NCBI GenBank assembly: GCA_963837395.1
Contig: CAWINI010000003.1
Location: 846,000 to 909,999 of the forward strand
Source: an uncultured bacterium
GTDB taxonomy: Bacteria; Acidobacteriota; HRBIN11; JAKEFK01
Length of the DNA stretch: 64,000 nucleotides
Direction: 5' to 3'
Position 1 is the stretch's first letter. Every line of letters starts with the position of its first letter. Below the pieces are notes generated by a model, which saw only the letters and a list, made by a program, of their open reading frames with translations, had not been told where the DNA came from and did not search any database. Both the position numbers and the translations under genes were made by a program. Shown in pieces: positions 1-9,853 of the stretch.

Positions 1-152
1 CGATCTAATAAAACAGCTGCTGCTACAACCGGACCACATAATGCACCGCGGCCAACTTCATCGACACCAGCAATGCGCAGAAATCCTTGTGCCTGTAATT
101 TTCGCTCATACTTGAATGTGCACCGGCGTCGGGACTTCTTTACGCTCGGCAT
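1..152 (-). CDS. rnhB: Ribonuclease HII, N-terminal part; the gene continues past the window start
   Basis: Reverse-complement translation of 1-152 gives [50 protein letters not shown]. This is the RNase HII N-terminal DE..GRG active-site block. The position just downstream of rplS is canonical. Confidence 0.75.
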   Translation of the reverse strand, partial: MPSVKKSRRRCTFKYERKLQAQGFLRIAGVDEVGRGALCGPVVAAAVLLD

Positions 153-153
153 A

Positions 154-585
154 TTAAGCCTGTGCTGGTTCCTTTTCAGCCTGTGTTGTTTGCTTCGTCG
201 CCTGTGCCGTTTGCTTTTCTTTGATTTTTGCGGCCTTCCCCGTCCTCTCCCGTAAATAATACAACTTCGCCCGGCGCACATTACCACGTTTCAACACTTT
301 GATTTTTTCTACAGTGGGTGAATGAAACGGGAATATACGTTCGACTCCAACACCAAAAGAAATTTTGCGGACAACAAATGAACTTTGAATGCCCCGTCCG
401 CGCATCCCAATTATCACACCTTCAAATACCTGAATGCGTTCCTTTTCTTTTTCTGCTTCCTTCTTCTTTGTCGACTTTTCAGTTTCCTTTACTTTTACGT
501 GCACCTGTACAGTATCACCAGGCCTGAATTCAGGAAGCTTTGACTTCCTCAAGTATTTTTCGGCCACCGAATCTAATATATTCAT
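154..585 (-). CDS. rplS: 50S ribosomal protein L19 with a Lys-rich C-terminal extension
   Basis: [10 protein letters not shown]...[11 protein letters not shown] is an L19 signature. It is the last gene of the rpsP-rimM-trmD-rplS operon. Confidence 0.9.
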   Translation of the reverse strand: MNILDSVAEKYLRKSKLPEFRPGDTVQVHVKVKETEKSTKKKEAEKEKERIQVFEGVIIGMRGRGIQSSFVVRKISFGVGVERIFPFHSPTVEKIKVLKRGNVRRAKLYYLRERTGKAAKIKEKQTAQATKQTTQAEKEPAQA

Positions 586-621
586 CGTACTATCCTCATC
601 GTATTATGTTTTCTTCTTTTT

Positions 622-717
622 CCCCCGCCTTATGAAGGAGGGGGTTAGGGGGTGGTTGGGATCATTCGAAAACACTTCAACCCCCTCTTTAATCTCCCCC
701 TTCATAAGGGGGAGAAA
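622..717. repeat. Palindromic intergenic element of about 95 bp (family B). A second copy lies at 17371-17464.
   Basis: CCTTATGAAGGAGGGGG ... CCCCCTTCATAAGGGGGAGAAA inverted arms. The two copies are roughly 85% identical. This copy sits between trmD and rplS. Confidence 0.8.
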
Positions 718-728
718 TCCAATCTTCG

Positions 729-1466
729 TCATATTGAATGCCTCTGCTCTTCTTCAATCTGAGCAAGCAGTTTCTGATCTTCTGCCGTTAATTCCGATCG
801 TTTCAGAAGATCCGGACGCCGCTCCAGGGTCCGGCGCAACATCATTTTCCTGCGCCAAATTCGAATTTGTTCGTGATTTCCGGACATCAACACGTCCGGA
901 ACCCGCAAACTTCGAAATTCCGCAGGCCTTGTATAATGCGGAAAATCCAATAACGATCCCTGAAACGAATCGAATTGAACCGATTGCTCATCACCAACAA
1001 TCCCTGGTACATAACGGACAATCGCTTCCGTCATCAGCAATGATGGCAATTCACCGCCCATTACTACAAAGTCTCCGATGGAAAGCTCCCGGTCGACTAA
1101 CGCTTCCCGGACCCTTTCATCGACTCCTTCATAACGTCCACATAAGAAAATCAGCTGAGAATTTCCTGCCAGTTCTTCTGCAATATGCGCTGAAAAAGAT
1201 TCACCCTGAGGACTTGGTAAAATGATCCTTGCTCCAACTTGCCGAATCGCCTCCACCGCCTCAAATATTGGTTCCGGCTTAAATACCATCCCCGGTCCAC
1301 CACCATAAGGTTCATCATCTACAGTTCGATGACGATCATGCGTATAATCACGCAAATCGTGAACATGAAATTCTAACAAACCTTTTTGTCCGGCTTGATT
1401 CAACAAACTATGCTGCAATACTCCTGAAATCAAACCAGGAAAAATCGTCAGAAAATCAATGCGCAT
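729..1466 (-). CDS. trmD: tRNA (guanine37-N1)-methyltransferase
   Basis: MRIDFLTIFPG...DDEPYGGGPGMV TrmD motifs. Operon context. Confidence 0.9.
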   Translation of the reverse strand: MRIDFLTIFPGLISGVLQHSLLNQAGQKGLLEFHVHDLRDYTHDRHRTVDDEPYGGGPGMVFKPEPIFEAVEAIRQVGARIILPSPQGESFSAHIAEELAGNSQLIFLCGRYEGVDERVREALVDRELSIGDFVVMGGELPSLLMTEAIVRYVPGIVGDEQSVQFDSFQGSLLDFPHYTRPAEFRSLRVPDVLMSGNHEQIRIWRRKMMLRRTLERRPDLLKRSELTAEDQKLLAQIEEEQRHSI

Positions 1467-1986
1467 TCAATTGCAGCAGTCCTTCCGGCGGATCAATCGT
1501 AATAACCTTCTTGTCCGCGTCGACTTCTCTGCAAATTTCATCCGTAAATGGGATTAGAATCTCTCCGCGTTCACCAACCTCCAGAAGATCTGCTCCTCCA
1601 GTTTCTAAAACACCTTTCACTTTCCCAATTTCAGTGCCATCCTGCAAACAAACTTTCATTCCAATCAAATCATGAATGAAAAACGTATCCGGCGGAAGTG
1701 TTCCAATTTCATCTGCTTCTACCGCCAGCATTTTGCCTCTTAACTCTTCAGCAGAATTTCTGTCAGAAATTCCAGAAAATTTTAGAACATGTCTGCCCTG
1801 AAAAAACCGGCGAGACTCAACTTCCAGCTTACCGATCACATCATCTTTGCTCAACAACAAAAAATGATCCGTATTTTCCAGACGCCCTTCAACATCGGTT
1901 AGTGAAAATAACACCACTTCACCGTAAATTGAATGCGGCTTTACTATCCTGGCCACAATAACTGGACTGGATGTCGAAACTTCCAT
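1456..1986 (-). CDS. rimM: 16S rRNA processing protein RimM
   Basis: Size fits a RimM/PRC-barrel protein. It sits between the KH-domain gene and trmD. Confidence 0.8.
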   Translation of the reverse strand: MEVSTSSPVIVARIVKPHSIYGEVVLFSLTDVEGRLENTDHFLLLSKDDVIGKLEVESRRFFQGRHVLKFSGISDRNSAEELRGKMLAVEADEIGTLPPDTFFIHDLIGMKVCLQDGTEIGKVKGVLETGGADLLEVGERGEILIPFTDEICREVDADKKVITIDPPEGLLQLNAH

Positions 1987-1988
1987 CC

Positions 1989-2219
1989 TTATTCTAAAAT
2001 CTCCAACACAAATCGCTTTCTTAACTTCATTCCGGCTGCACCTAAAATTGTCCGGATTGCGCGAGCTGTCCTTCCCTGTTTGCCAATTACTTTTCCTAAA
2101 TCCTCATGCGAGACCCTTAATTCCAACACCGTCGTCTGCTCACCTTCAATCAACGTTACTACCACCTGATCGGGATGATCAACAAGAGCTTTTGCCATCG
2201 CTTCGAGTAATTCTTTCAT
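1989..2219 (-). CDS. KH-domain RNA-binding protein (UPF0109/YlqC-like)
   Basis: [22 protein letters not shown] motif. Position between rpsP and rimM is conserved. Confidence 0.8.
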   Translation of the reverse strand: MKELLEAMAKALVDHPDQVVVTLIEGEQTTVLELRVSHEDLGKVIGKQGRTARAIRTILGAAGMKLRKRFVLEILE

Positions 2220-2268
2220 GACGCGTCCTCCTAATTTGCGAACTGGCGCTACGAACAGGAATGGGTTT

Positions 2269-2523
2269 TCAGGAAACTATTGCGGCTGACTTGCGGATAC
2301 GGGCAATCAAGCTTTTTACTGTGTCCGAAGGCTGCGCCCCTTTGCTCATCCAATAGTCAACTCTTTCCATCTTTAACTTGATTTCTGGATTTTGGGGCTT
2401 AGGGTTGTAGGATCCCAACCGTTCAATACACTGTCCATCACGAAATCGCCGGGAGTCGGTCACAACAACCCGGTAGAGGGGGCGCTTTTTTCCTCCCATC
2501 CGCATTAACCGTATGCTAACCAT
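2269..2523 (-). CDS. rpsP: 30S ribosomal protein S16
   Basis: [21 protein letters not shown] is canonical S16. The start is taken at the internal Met of the longer ORF. Confidence 0.9.
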   Translation of the reverse strand: MVSIRLMRMGGKKRPLYRVVVTDSRRFRDGQCIERLGSYNPKPQNPEIKLKMERVDYWMSKGAQPSDTVKSLIARIRKSAAIVS

Positions 2524-2659
2524 GAATGTTCCTCCTAATTCAGCGTGCACCTCTTCCTCATGGGTAATCTACCATCGAAAAGAGACACTACTTCCAATGC
2601 ATAAAAATGCTGTCCAAATTTAACACAATCTAGTTGGAAATTCAAGGCTTAGGGCAAGT

Positions 2660-3127
2660 TTAAAGGAGGACGACTTTAAGTGTCAAAATCGTCTTGAGCA
2701 TCCATGGAATGAGGATAGAAATCACTACAAGGATTTTGATCCAGCGCCTTTTTTCAGATGAAACCTGGAGCGGCCCACCTCCGGCAGCACGCCAAATGCG
2801 ATATGGAACTTGAAAGACAACAATTGCTGCCAGAGGAATTCCCCAAATGTGCATCAAATAGGAGTTGTACCACTGCCCATGCAATGCATAGATAAAAGAT
2901 CGTGTGATTCCGCAACCCGGACAATCGAGACTTGTGATGTTATGAAACATGCACAACGACGGAATCGTATATCCAAATAATGTAACTCTTCCAAAATGGA
3001 CTGAACTGGATGCAGCAAGCATCAGTAGTGCGAAGAAAAACACAGCATGAAATAGATGATGTGGTATCGGGTTGATCCGTTCATCAAGGAAATCAGAAGC
3101 GCGGATAACGGATGCTCTTATGCTCAT
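2660..3127 (-). CDS. Membrane protein with a CPGCG motif (DUF2752-like)
   Basis: Four hydrophobic segments and a CPGCGITRS motif. Confidence 0.5.
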   Translation of the reverse strand: MSIRASVIRASDFLDERINPIPHHLFHAVFFFALLMLAASSSVHFGRVTLFGYTIPSLCMFHNITSLDCPGCGITRSFIYALHGQWYNSYLMHIWGIPLAAIVVFQVPYRIWRAAGGGPLQVSSEKRRWIKILVVISILIPWMLKTILTLKVVLL

Positions 3128-3293
3128 AATTGGCGATTATACTAAGATGAATGATGCATTATACAGGATGCAAGATGCAAGGTGTTTAATTGCCACCGTG
3201 TATCCTGCATCTTGTAATTCATGTGATAGACTGATTTTTGAACTGAAATCAAAATTAAACAGTCCTTCATAACCATTCAAGTGGAGGTAACGC

Positions 3294-3701
3294 ATGAGCG
3301 ATACTTACAATCCAAATGAAGTTCCCCCAGTTCCTCAAGATATTCCACCAACTCCACCACCGAGAAAAGACAATACATTGATGTTGGTTTTGTCCTACTT
3401 GTATATCTTATTTCTTGTCCCATTGATTTCGGAAAAAGAGGATCCTCAAGTTCAATGGCATGCCAAACATGGAATGATTCTCACGATCGTTGAAGCTGTT
3501 CTGCAATTCGGATTCTGGATCATATCCACGATACTTAGCCACATGATCTCCAGTCTAATCGGCTGTGTGACATGTTTTATTCCTATGTTAGTCTGGATTG
3601 CTTTTCTTGTGATTCGAATTCTTTGCATTGTAAAAGCAACCAAAGGGGAAAAATTTAAGATTCCGGTCGTAAGTGATTATGTGGACCAAATCAAGCTATA
3701 G
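3294..3701 (+). CDS. Small membrane protein with a Pro-rich N-terminus
   Basis: Three predicted transmembrane helices. No recognisable catalytic motif. Confidence 0.45.
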   Translation: MSDTYNPNEVPPVPQDIPPTPPPRKDNTLMLVLSYLYILFLVPLISEKEDPQVQWHAKHGMILTIVEAVLQFGFWIISTILSHMISSLIGCVTCFIPMLVWIAFLVIRILCIVKATKGEKFKIPVVSDYVDQIKL

Positions 3702-3996
3702 AAACTTTTTAAGAATTTCCTGCATTTTGATCCTCACCTTGCTGGTGGTGGATGCAACTGCGCCTCCCCATCAGCAAGTTAGTGTTCGTTTTGCGCTTGC
3801 TGGAATTTGGATGTATCAACATTCCTTTAGTTTGTTGTTAAAAAATTCCAAAATCTGCAAATTTCAGCCTACGTGTTCGAACTACTCCCGCATGGCTCTA
3901 GAAAAATATGGAATTGTGAAAGGTGCTGAATTAACCGGCTGGCGATTGTTGCGCTGCTCACCTTTTACCAGCGCCCATGGCGAAGATTATCCGTAA
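3673..3996 (+). CDS. yidD: Membrane protein insertion efficiency factor YidD
   Basis: FQPTCSNYS...GIVKGAELTGWRLLRCSPFTSAHGEDYP matches the YidD consensus (PTCSEY...RLLRCHP..GG.DP.P). The start is uncertain. Confidence 0.6.
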   Translation: MIMWTKSSYRNFLRISCILILTLLVVDATAPPHQQVSVRFALAGIWMYQHSFSLLLKNSKICKFQPTCSNYSRMALEKYGIVKGAELTGWRLLRCSPFTSAHGEDYP

Positions 3997-4578
3997 ATGG
4001 AACCACCGAATGAAATCACCGAACTTCTTGTAGCTTGGAGTGGCGGCGATAAAAAAGCATTAGATGAGCTGATGCAAATCGTGTATGAGGAATTGCGCCG
4101 GCTTGCTCATCGCCAGCTTGCAAAAGAGCGTCAGGATCACACACTTCAAACAACAGCGCTGGTGAATGAAGCTTACTTGAAACTTGTCGATCAAAAACGT
4201 ATGAAATGGCAAAGTCGTTCGCACTTCTTTGCACTATCATCGCAATTAATGCGACGCATCCTGGTTGATTATGCGCGATCACGTCAATATGCAAAACGTG
4301 GCGGAGGTGCATCAGCATTGCCATTGGATGAAGGTTTGATTGTTGCACCGGAAAGAGCGGCAGAAATGATTGCACTTGATGAAGCTTTAACAGAATTAGC
4401 AAAGCATGATGAAAGAAAAGCACGAATTGTAGAATTGCGATTTTTTGCCGGCATGAGTATTGATGAAACATCAGAGTTACTGGGAGTTTCGCCAGGTACT
4501 GTAATGAAAGATTGGACTCTTGCCAAAGCCTGGCTTCAACGTGAGATGGATCGCTCAAGCTCTGCTGATCAGCGCTAG
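3997..4578 (+). CDS. ECF sigma factor of the kinase-associated type (TIGR02999-like)
   Basis: ITELLVAWSGGDKKALDELMQIVYEELRRLA N-terminus plus sigma-70 region 4 (MSIDETSELLGVSPGTV). This family is typically paired with Ser/Thr kinases. Confidence 0.85.
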   Translation: MEPPNEITELLVAWSGGDKKALDELMQIVYEELRRLAHRQLAKERQDHTLQTTALVNEAYLKLVDQKRMKWQSRSHFFALSSQLMRRILVDYARSRQYAKRGGGASALPLDEGLIVAPERAAEMIALDEALTELAKHDERKARIVELRFFAGMSIDETSELLGVSPGTVMKDWTLAKAWLQREMDRSSSADQR

Positions 4579-4629
4579 AATCAGAAAAAACTTGTCCACT
4601 GTCTTCCACTGAAAATTTAAAGTCGCAAC

Positions 4630-6498
4630 TTAGTTGACGATCTGAGGTTGCAGTGCCCAATCATCTGGCAAATCGAATTTTTTGGCTGCTTCTTCGTTAA
4701 GTCGTGGCCAGAATGAGGCGGGCGTACGATAGTCTTTCGTTCCTTCGGTTTCTTGCGATAATTTTCTAGCTATAGCATTTCTCCATTCCCAGGCCTGATC
4801 AATCCGTTTCTGAAATTCTGCGATTGAAATCTCTTCAGATCCATTCGGGGTCTGAATTTTGATCATCTCGCCATCCGGTGCTGCTCCCTGTGCTGGAAGT
4901 TCGGTATCTTGCGATCCAATACTTTTTTGAGCCTTCGGCTGGGGAGGCTCTGTTCCGATCGTTTCTGTTTGTTTTGGCAATTTATCAGCGTTACCGATTT
5001 CACTTGCAGATTTTAACTCAGATCCTACTTCTGATTCCGCGGATTTGGACACAGATGCTACTACGTCCGAAGCTTCTTCGGTTGCAGTCTTTTGTACAGA
5101 GCGCCACTCCATAATCATGTCTTTTCCAAGTTGCTCAAATTCCGCTGAAGTAGGCTTTCCTCCTGGCGATGCTGAAGATAAGGCCATGGCAAATCCTGTG
5201 AGCATCATCCGGTTCAACTCCTCCCACTGCTTGGTGTATGCAGCAACTGCGGGATACGGAGGCATTCCCTTTTCTTTCAGGTAATAACGCATGTCTTTGT
5301 TGAATTGTGAATCCTTTTTTGAATCCAGTTTAAGAATCTGGGCATCATAAAATCCATCTTTTCCTTTGCCATCAGATACTGCATAAACTAAGTAGCTTTC
5401 TTGTTCCCAGACATAAACACCGGGAGGATGTGGTTTGCCTTTGGGATGGGCGACTGCATCGCTAGGAATTGTATGATTTTCCAATTGAGCTCGGATCCCC
5501 GGTGGTGTATCAGGGCGGATCGAATTTGGAACATTTGCTGTGGCGTCACTGAAGATTTCCTGTATACCGACGCTCACATTCACCATTGCGGTTGCGCTTA
5601 TATGAGCCTGCCAATTTTGTGTTGGCTCTTTTCCATCAGGTAGTAAGGTCACATCATCCTTTCCCAATTCTTTGCTGTTCTTGAATAATGTTTTCATCAC
5701 CTGATCCTTTGTCATCGGTTTGTCAAAGTTCAGTTCATATCCTGTACCGGGAATCCAATGTTCACGCGCATCTAACTGGTAACTCTTGCTGATTTTGAAG
5801 CCATAATCGTTCTTTAGATATTTGGGAATGCTGACCGAACTCACTTTGGGTGAATCAGACCAGGAAATCCAGAATTCACCTGGATTATTACGATCGATGG
5901 TCTCCGTATGTGCCCGCATGTGATTCCCCATCCTTTCCTGGGCATCGTCATCTGATGTCTGAACAGTCCAGATACCGCTTCCGGGATGACGCTGCATTAG
6001 TGTAGTTCCTTCGGGAATTTTGCCATCTTTAAAAATTAATTTTGCAGCTTGTTCCTGTGTGATCGTACGTCCGAAATCAAATTCAGTTTCAAGTATCCCT
6101 TTCTTTACAACTCTCGCTTCCGTTGGCAATGCGGTGTTTTCCGAAGTTTTGGCATATACAGACCTCGGCCCATTCATTCTCGCAGCAGTCAAATTGCGAT
6201 TGAATTCCGATTTCAAAGCGTCGTTTATGATGCCGCTTGGGGTCGGAATCTCTTGCTGGAAAGTTGTATCGAATGAAGTGCGGGAACCATTCTGGTCAAA
6301 ATTATCCACGACTTTGAAAAGCTCTGAAAGCTCTTTACTACCCTTGATTTTCCCGTCTTTGCCTGCAATTTTAGTTAGTTCCGGAAGGATTCCTAGCTTT
6401 TCAAAAAAAGCGTTGGTATCCGTTGAAAGATCATTAACATCAATTCCCTCTTTTCCAGAAAATTGATTGATAAACTGCTCTTTTGTAATCTTAGTCAT
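4630..6498 (-). CDS. Large hypothetical protein of 622 aa with no recognisable domain
   Basis: Long uninterrupted ORF. No signal peptide and no motif I can assign. It sits between the ECF sigma factor and the Ser/Thr kinase. Confidence 0.6.
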   Translation of the reverse strand: MTKITKEQFINQFSGKEGIDVNDLSTDTNAFFEKLGILPELTKIAGKDGKIKGSKELSELFKVVDNFDQNGSRTSFDTTFQQEIPTPSGIINDALKSEFNRNLTAARMNGPRSVYAKTSENTALPTEARVVKKGILETEFDFGRTITQEQAAKLIFKDGKIPEGTTLMQRHPGSGIWTVQTSDDDAQERMGNHMRAHTETIDRNNPGEFWISWSDSPKVSSVSIPKYLKNDYGFKISKSYQLDAREHWIPGTGYELNFDKPMTKDQVMKTLFKNSKELGKDDVTLLPDGKEPTQNWQAHISATAMVNVSVGIQEIFSDATANVPNSIRPDTPPGIRAQLENHTIPSDAVAHPKGKPHPPGVYVWEQESYLVYAVSDGKGKDGFYDAQILKLDSKKDSQFNKDMRYYLKEKGMPPYPAVAAYTKQWEELNRMMLTGFAMALSSASPGGKPTSAEFEQLGKDMIMEWRSVQKTATEEASDVVASVSKSAESEVGSELKSASEIGNADKLPKQTETIGTEPPQPKAQKSIGSQDTELPAQGAAPDGEMIKIQTPNGSEEISIAEFQKRIDQAWEWRNAIARKLSQETEGTKDYRTPASFWPRLNEEAAKKFDLPDDWALQPQIVN

Positions 6499-6744
6499 AC
6501 TTAGCTCCCTTCCCGGAAACTTCAGAACTAACGTTTTCTGATTTGCATTCCATTTTCCGGTTCACTTTATTACGCGAGAATCAAATCAAAAACCTCTAAA
6601 TGGATTGATGAAGGCCAGCAAAATTTAGTGAAAAGAACTGAAGGAATTTGATTAATGCTATGATTAATAAAGAGTCAAAAGGTCACGGTTCCAAGCCGAT
6701 AAAGCACTCAACTTACAAAGGAATTACTCTCTAACGATTCCCAC

Positions 6745-9642
6745 ATGGATCCTGAACGTTGGAAACAGATTGATAAAATTTTTCATGCCGCGTTAAATCG
6801 CGATCCTTCGGCAAGAGCAGCATTTTTAGCTGAAGCATGCAAAGAAGATGACTCGTTGCGTGCAGAGGTTGAAACACTCATTGCATCTCACGAAAAAGAA
6901 TCCAGCTTTTTTGAAACTCCTCCATCCGACTTAGCTGCTGAATTTCTCGATAAGAAAAAAGTCATCTACGAAGGCAAAATTGCTCATTACAAAATCCTTC
7001 GGAAAATCGGAAGCGGCGGCATGGGTGAAGTTTATCTTGCAGAAGATACACGCCTGAATCGCAAAGTAGCCCTGAAATTACTTCCCTCTGAATTTACAAA
7101 CGACAATGATCGCGTTCGAAGATTTGAGCGGGAAGCGAAAGCAGCATCTGCATTGAATCATCCCAATATTTTGACCATTTACGATATCGGTCAATTCAAT
7201 TCTTCAAGCTTTATTGCCAGTGAATACATTGATGGTGAAACTCTGCGGGAACGAATGCGAGAATCCAAAATGCCACTCGAAGAGATTTTAGCAGTTAGCA
7301 TTCAAGTTGCGGAAGCTTTAGATGCGGCGCATCAAGCGGGAATCATTCATTGCGACATCAAACCGGAAAACATAATGCTTCGTAAAGATGGTTACGTGAA
7401 AGTCCTTGATTTCGGTCTTGCGAAGCTGACTGAAACTCAAACTGCTAGCTCACTTTCGCGAACCGATACACAGTCGCTTGCCCCTACCAAGCCCGGAATG
7501 ATTTTCGGTACCGTTCGGTATATGTCGCCAGAACAGGCTCGCGGGCTAAAATTAGATGCACGCTCAGATCTTTTCAGTTTCGGAATTGTTTTATACGAAT
7601 TAATCACTTCTCACCCTCCATTCGATGGATTAACTTCCAGCGATGTCTTTGTCAGCATTCTAGAAAAAAATCCACTACCACTCCGCAGCTATGATGAATT
7701 CTCTGATGAATTGCAGTGGATTATCTCAAAAACACTCTCAAAAGATGTTGAAGAAAGATACCAAACTGCAAAGGATCTTCTAACAGATTTGAAACGATTT
7801 CGAAAGCATCTTGAATCGAATCAAGAGATGAAACTTTCAGGTTCATCGGATTTTGTTCAACATATTCAGAAGAAAAGAAAATTAGCAATTCCTGCAATTC
7901 TTTTAACCGCTTTACTTGGGGTTGCCTTCCTATGGTTCGCGCAAAAGCAAGAAAAAGCTTCAACGATCCACAAAGCCTTCAGCAAAATAAAACTTACTAG
8001 ACTCACATCCAGCGGCTCAATTTTTGGTGGCGCGATATCTCCTGATGGAAAGTATGTGGCCTACGTAGAACGTTCCGCATCAGGTCTACAAAGTCTTTAC
8101 CTCAAACAATTAAGTGTCGATTCGCAAATTAAGATCATGACACTCCCGCCAAAAACTTTTTTCTATCGACCACGACAGGAAGGCAATGCATTGCGCTTTT
8201 CACCCGACGGACAATATATCTACTATCGAACTTCCTCCGTAGAGAATGTAACTCGTTTGTTGTACCGAATTCCTGTTTTAGGAGGAATCCCACAAAAACT
8301 GATTGAAGAAGTGCATTCCATTCCTTCCTTTTCGCCGGATGGAAAGAATTTAGCGTTTCTAAGAAGTGTTAACGATGAAGACTGGATTATGACAGCCCGA
8401 ATAGATGGAAGTGATCAACGAAAGATAAAGGGACAAAAATCTGATTACGATGATATTGAATGGTCACCAGATGGCAAAATGCTCACTTTAATTAAACGTG
8501 TTAAGACACAAGGTCATGTCACAAAGCAAATTGTTGGAATTAACCTAAATGATTTCTCAGAGCGAATTATTTTCGACACGGAATTAGCAGCTGACCCCTA
8601 TTATGACGATTTACAATGGCTATCTGATGGAAGCGGCATGATAACTACTAAGCTGGTAGAAGGAAAAAGACAAATTTACTACGTCTCATATCCAGACGGC
8701 GAGTTTGTGCCAATTACGAACGACCCTAGCGATTATAAGAGAGTGAGCCTAACCGCGGACAACAAATTTCTTGCAACAACCCAACGAACTCCTAATTACA
8801 GCATTTGGACTGCTCCATTTAGTCGTCCGGATGACATGGCCCAACTTACTTCAGGATCGATCATACAGGATGGAGCTAGAGGGATTTCATGGGCTCCTGA
8901 TGGAAAGATCATTTATCAATCGCAAGAACCATCAGGTGAATTTCAACTCTGGTCAATCAATCATGACGGCACAAACCGGACGCGGATTACAACCGGAAAA
9001 ACAGACAAGAAATTCCCTGCTTGTTCCCCTGATGGCCGATACATTGTTTATGCGTCAAACGATTCAGAATTTTCCCAAGTTTGGAGAAGCGACAGCAATG
9101 GCGAAAATCCAAAACTGTTATCAAGTAATAAGCAGGCGAGTTGGCCTCTTGTCTCACCCGATAGTAAGTGGGTTGTGTATGCCACTTTTGATGGGAAAGA
9201 CCAAACACTTTTAAGAATGGATGTTAATGGTAAACATAAGATTTTGTTGTCTTCTCATAAATATCTTTATGGTGCAGCTATTTCACCGAATGGTAGCAAT
9301 ATCGCTTACGTCTACGAAGACCCTGAAAAATCTCCGGACATTTTCATAAATATTATTCCTTCGAACGGCGGCGCCCCAATAAAACGACTCCTGTTGAATG
9401 AAGATATTTCTGCCGGAACGTTCCATTGGACTCCAGATGGGAGCGGGATTGCATACATTCAGGGCGAGGAGGGAGGATCTAATATCTACGTACAGCCTGT
9501 TGATGGTTCGTCCGTCCGCCGTTTAACACATTTAACTGGCGACGCCATTGTAAATTTTTCCTGGTCGATGGATGGAAAAAATATTGCCTATAGCCGCGGC
9601 AAGAGAACTTCTGATATTGTGCTGATCCAAGATGTCCCTTAA
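6745..9642 (+). CDS. Ser/Thr protein kinase with a C-terminal TolB-like (PD40) beta-propeller
   Basis: IGSGGMGEVYLA, HCDIKPENIML, DFGLAK and GTVRYMSPEQ kinase subdomains. One transmembrane helix. Many SPDG repeats. Confidence 0.9.
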   Translation: MDPERWKQIDKIFHAALNRDPSARAAFLAEACKEDDSLRAEVETLIASHEKESSFFETPPSDLAAEFLDKKKVIYEGKIAHYKILRKIGSGGMGEVYLAEDTRLNRKVALKLLPSEFTNDNDRVRRFEREAKAASALNHPNILTIYDIGQFNSSSFIASEYIDGETLRERMRESKMPLEEILAVSIQVAEALDAAHQAGIIHCDIKPENIMLRKDGYVKVLDFGLAKLTETQTASSLSRTDTQSLAPTKPGMIFGTVRYMSPEQARGLKLDARSDLFSFGIVLYELITSHPPFDGLTSSDVFVSILEKNPLPLRSYDEFSDELQWIISKTLSKDVEERYQTAKDLLTDLKRFRKHLESNQEMKLSGSSDFVQHIQKKRKLAIPAILLTALLGVAFLWFAQKQEKASTIHKAFSKIKLTRLTSSGSIFGGAISPDGKYVAYVERSASGLQSLYLKQLSVDSQIKIMTLPPKTFFYRPRQEGNALRFSPDGQYIYYRTSSVENVTRLLYRIPVLGGIPQKLIEEVHSIPSFSPDGKNLAFLRSVNDEDWIMTARIDGSDQRKIKGQKSDYDDIEWSPDGKMLTLIKRVKTQGHVTKQIVGINLNDFSERIIFDTELAADPYYDDLQWLSDGSGMITTKLVEGKRQIYYVSYPDGEFVPITNDPSDYKRVSLTADNKFLATTQRTPNYSIWTAPFSRPDDMAQLTSGSIIQDGARGISWAPDGKIIYQSQEPSGEFQLWSINHDGTNRTRITTGKTDKKFPACSPDGRYIVYASNDSEFSQVWRSDSNGENPKLLSSNKQASWPLVSPDSKWVVYATFDGKDQTLLRMDVNGKHKILLSSHKYLYGAAISPNGSNIAYVYEDPEKSPDIFINIIPSNGGAPIKRLLLNEDISAGTFHWTPDGSGIAYIQGEEGGSNIYVQPVDGSSVRRLTHLTGDAIVNFSWSMDGKNIAYSRGKRTSDIVLIQDVP

Positions 9643-9734
9643 AGTCATCACCTTCTGAATTACGAATGAGAAAGACACGCGTCGCAGATTTGAACGTGAA
9701 CCAAAAACAAAATTATGTGCCTCTATCCTAAAGG

Positions 9735-9853
9735 TCGATTAACGCAGCTTTGGATCCCGAACCCTCATTAAGAGCCGCATTTTTATCTCAAGCATGTATA
9801 TTAGTCGATCCAAAACTACAACTGACATCGTTCTAATTCAAAATGTGCCTTGA
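9735..9853 (+). pseudogene. Remnant of a paralogous Ser/Thr kinase gene: N-terminal and C-terminal fragments fused after an internal deletion
   Basis: 9735-9800 translates SINAALDPEPSLRAAFLSQAC, matching kinase residues IFHAALNRDPSARAAFLAEAC. 9806-9853 translates RSKTTTDIVLIQNVP*, matching the kinase C-terminus RGKRTSDIVLIQDVP*. The two fragments are in different frames. Confidence 0.55.

Noticed and set aside
434-1225. 263-aa plus-strand ORF overlapping trmD
   Set aside because: It is antisense to a strongly supported trmD gene. Its N-terminus only translates the family B palindrome (..MKEGVRGWLG..SPFIRGRNP). The same artefact appears at 17346-17624.
3072-3272. 66-aa ORF in the intergenic region upstream of the membrane protein gene
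   Set aside because: It overlaps the 5' end of the DUF2752-like gene in antisense and the GATGCAA repeat-rich promoter region. No ribosome-binding site, and composition typical of non-coding sequence.
5045-5643. Several 78-80-aa plus-strand ORFs inside the 622-aa hypothetical gene
   Set aside because: They are antisense to a long continuous ORF, have no start-site context, and look like typical six-frame noise.
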